Assembly: GCA_012295275.1 (NCBI GenBank)
Contig: CM022679.1
Coordinates: 6,138,001-6,202,000, forward strand
DNA: 64,000 nt
DNA from: Chrysomallon squamiferum
Lineage: Eukaryota; Animalia; Mollusca
Direction: 5' to 3'
The translations under genes were made by a program, and so were the position numbers. How positions within the stretch are numbered: the first letter of the stretch is position 1; every line of letters begins with the position of its first letter. Shown here one piece after another: positions 63,364 to 64,000 of the stretch. The notes under the pieces are model-generated. The model did not search any database, had not been told where the DNA came from, and saw nothing but the letters and a program-made list of their open reading frames with translations.

Positions 63364-64000
63364 ATGGATATTGTTTTGTTATATTTTCTTATCTCGTATC
63401 TCTGGTACCCAGCATTTGGAGATGAGACCTGTCCAATGGGATGTCGGTGCCGAACTGGGAGGATACACAGCTTAGGAAAAGCGTACTGGGTATCGTGCAG
63501 TAGAAAAAACTTCCACACCATTCCAGATTTGAGTACTTTAAGATCAGTGCAACTGCCAATCCGTCTTGATCTCAGTACTAATCGAATAGACGTTGTGAAA
63601 AAGACAGATTTCCCTCCAGGATTAAACGTAGTCATGTTGATGCTGCAGTTGAATGATGGCATTCGTATGGAGGACAGTGCCTTTATTCACATGGCCGAAT
63701 CGTTGCAGTTTCTCAATCTTGAGAGAATTCATTTGCAGTTTGAAGGTCCATTTACCTTTCTGAAAGGCTTAAATAAGCTGAACAAACTGGTGATGAGTTA
63801 CAATGAACAGAACGAAAAGATTCTTCAGAGAGGATCTTTCAGCAGTTTAGAACTTATGTCTTTGGAAGAGCTTGTTTTACACAGCTGTAGCCTAGCAAAA
63901 GTATCGGATGGTGCGTTTCAGGGTCTAGATTCCTTAAAAATATTACATTTAACATCCAACCTGCTTCAAGCTGTACCAGTGGCTGTCAGACGTTTGCCTA
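63364..64000 (+). CDS. Second extracellular LRR protein, tandem paralog of 60295-61929; 3' end beyond window (not in ORF track)
   Basis: Acceptor TTATTACAG (63316), Kozak GCCATGG at 63364, frame open to the window end: MDIVLLYFLISYLWYPAFGDETCPMGCRC...NRIDVVKKTDFPPGL...TFLKGLNKLNKLVMSYN...AFQGLDSLKILHLTSNLLQAVPVAVRRLP. Putative UTR-exon donor AAG|GTAACG at 62829/62830. Confidence 0.9.
   Translation, partial: MDIVLLYFLISYLWYPAFGDETCPMGCRCRTGRIHSLGKAYWVSCSRKNFHTIPDLSTLRSVQLPIRLDLSTNRIDVVKKTDFPPGLNVVMLMLQLNDGIRMEDSAFIHMAESLQFLNLERIHLQFEGPFTFLKGLNKLNKLVMSYNEQNEKILQRGSFSSLELMSLEELVLHSCSLAKVSDGAFQGLDSLKILHLTSNLLQAVPVAVRRLP

Noticed and set aside
61050-63662. Minus-strand ORFs 61050-61520 and 63354-63662
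   Set aside because: Antisense shadows of the two LRR coding exons.

Overview
AT-rich, intron-containing animal DNA. It is most likely a lophotrochozoan and plausibly a gastropod mollusc, inferred from a mosaic CpG pattern, SINE-like remnants and vertebrate-like intron positions. Four housekeeping genes can be assembled by hand with canonical GT-AG junctions and intact frames: intronless UTP14 (20137-22479,+), DNAJB12/14 (9 coding exons, 33432-39479,+), WDR45/WIPI4 (11 coding exons, 49708-43852,-) and RBM22 (9 exons, 51182-57288,+, head-to-head with WDR45). The window ends with two tandem, divergent, secreted LRR genes, each with a single coding exon; the complete one has a GPI-like tail, and the second is missing from the ORF track and runs off the window. 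The first ~8 kb look like the first intron of an unidentified minus-strand gene. The most unusual structure is a ~560-bp inverted duplicate of the DNAJB12 promoter/5'UTR (31076-31636 vs 32869-33437). It points leftwards into a candidate spliced, frame-consistent orphan gene encoding a small signal-peptide-like protein. Other notable items are a 69-bp repeat that multiplies an RBM22 5' splice site, a 161-bp duplication creating microexon-like sites, a nested palindrome in DNAJB12 intron 1, a decayed copy of the UTP14 3' end, and MITEs. Everything was read by eye; no searches were run, and comparisons to human genes are from memory.
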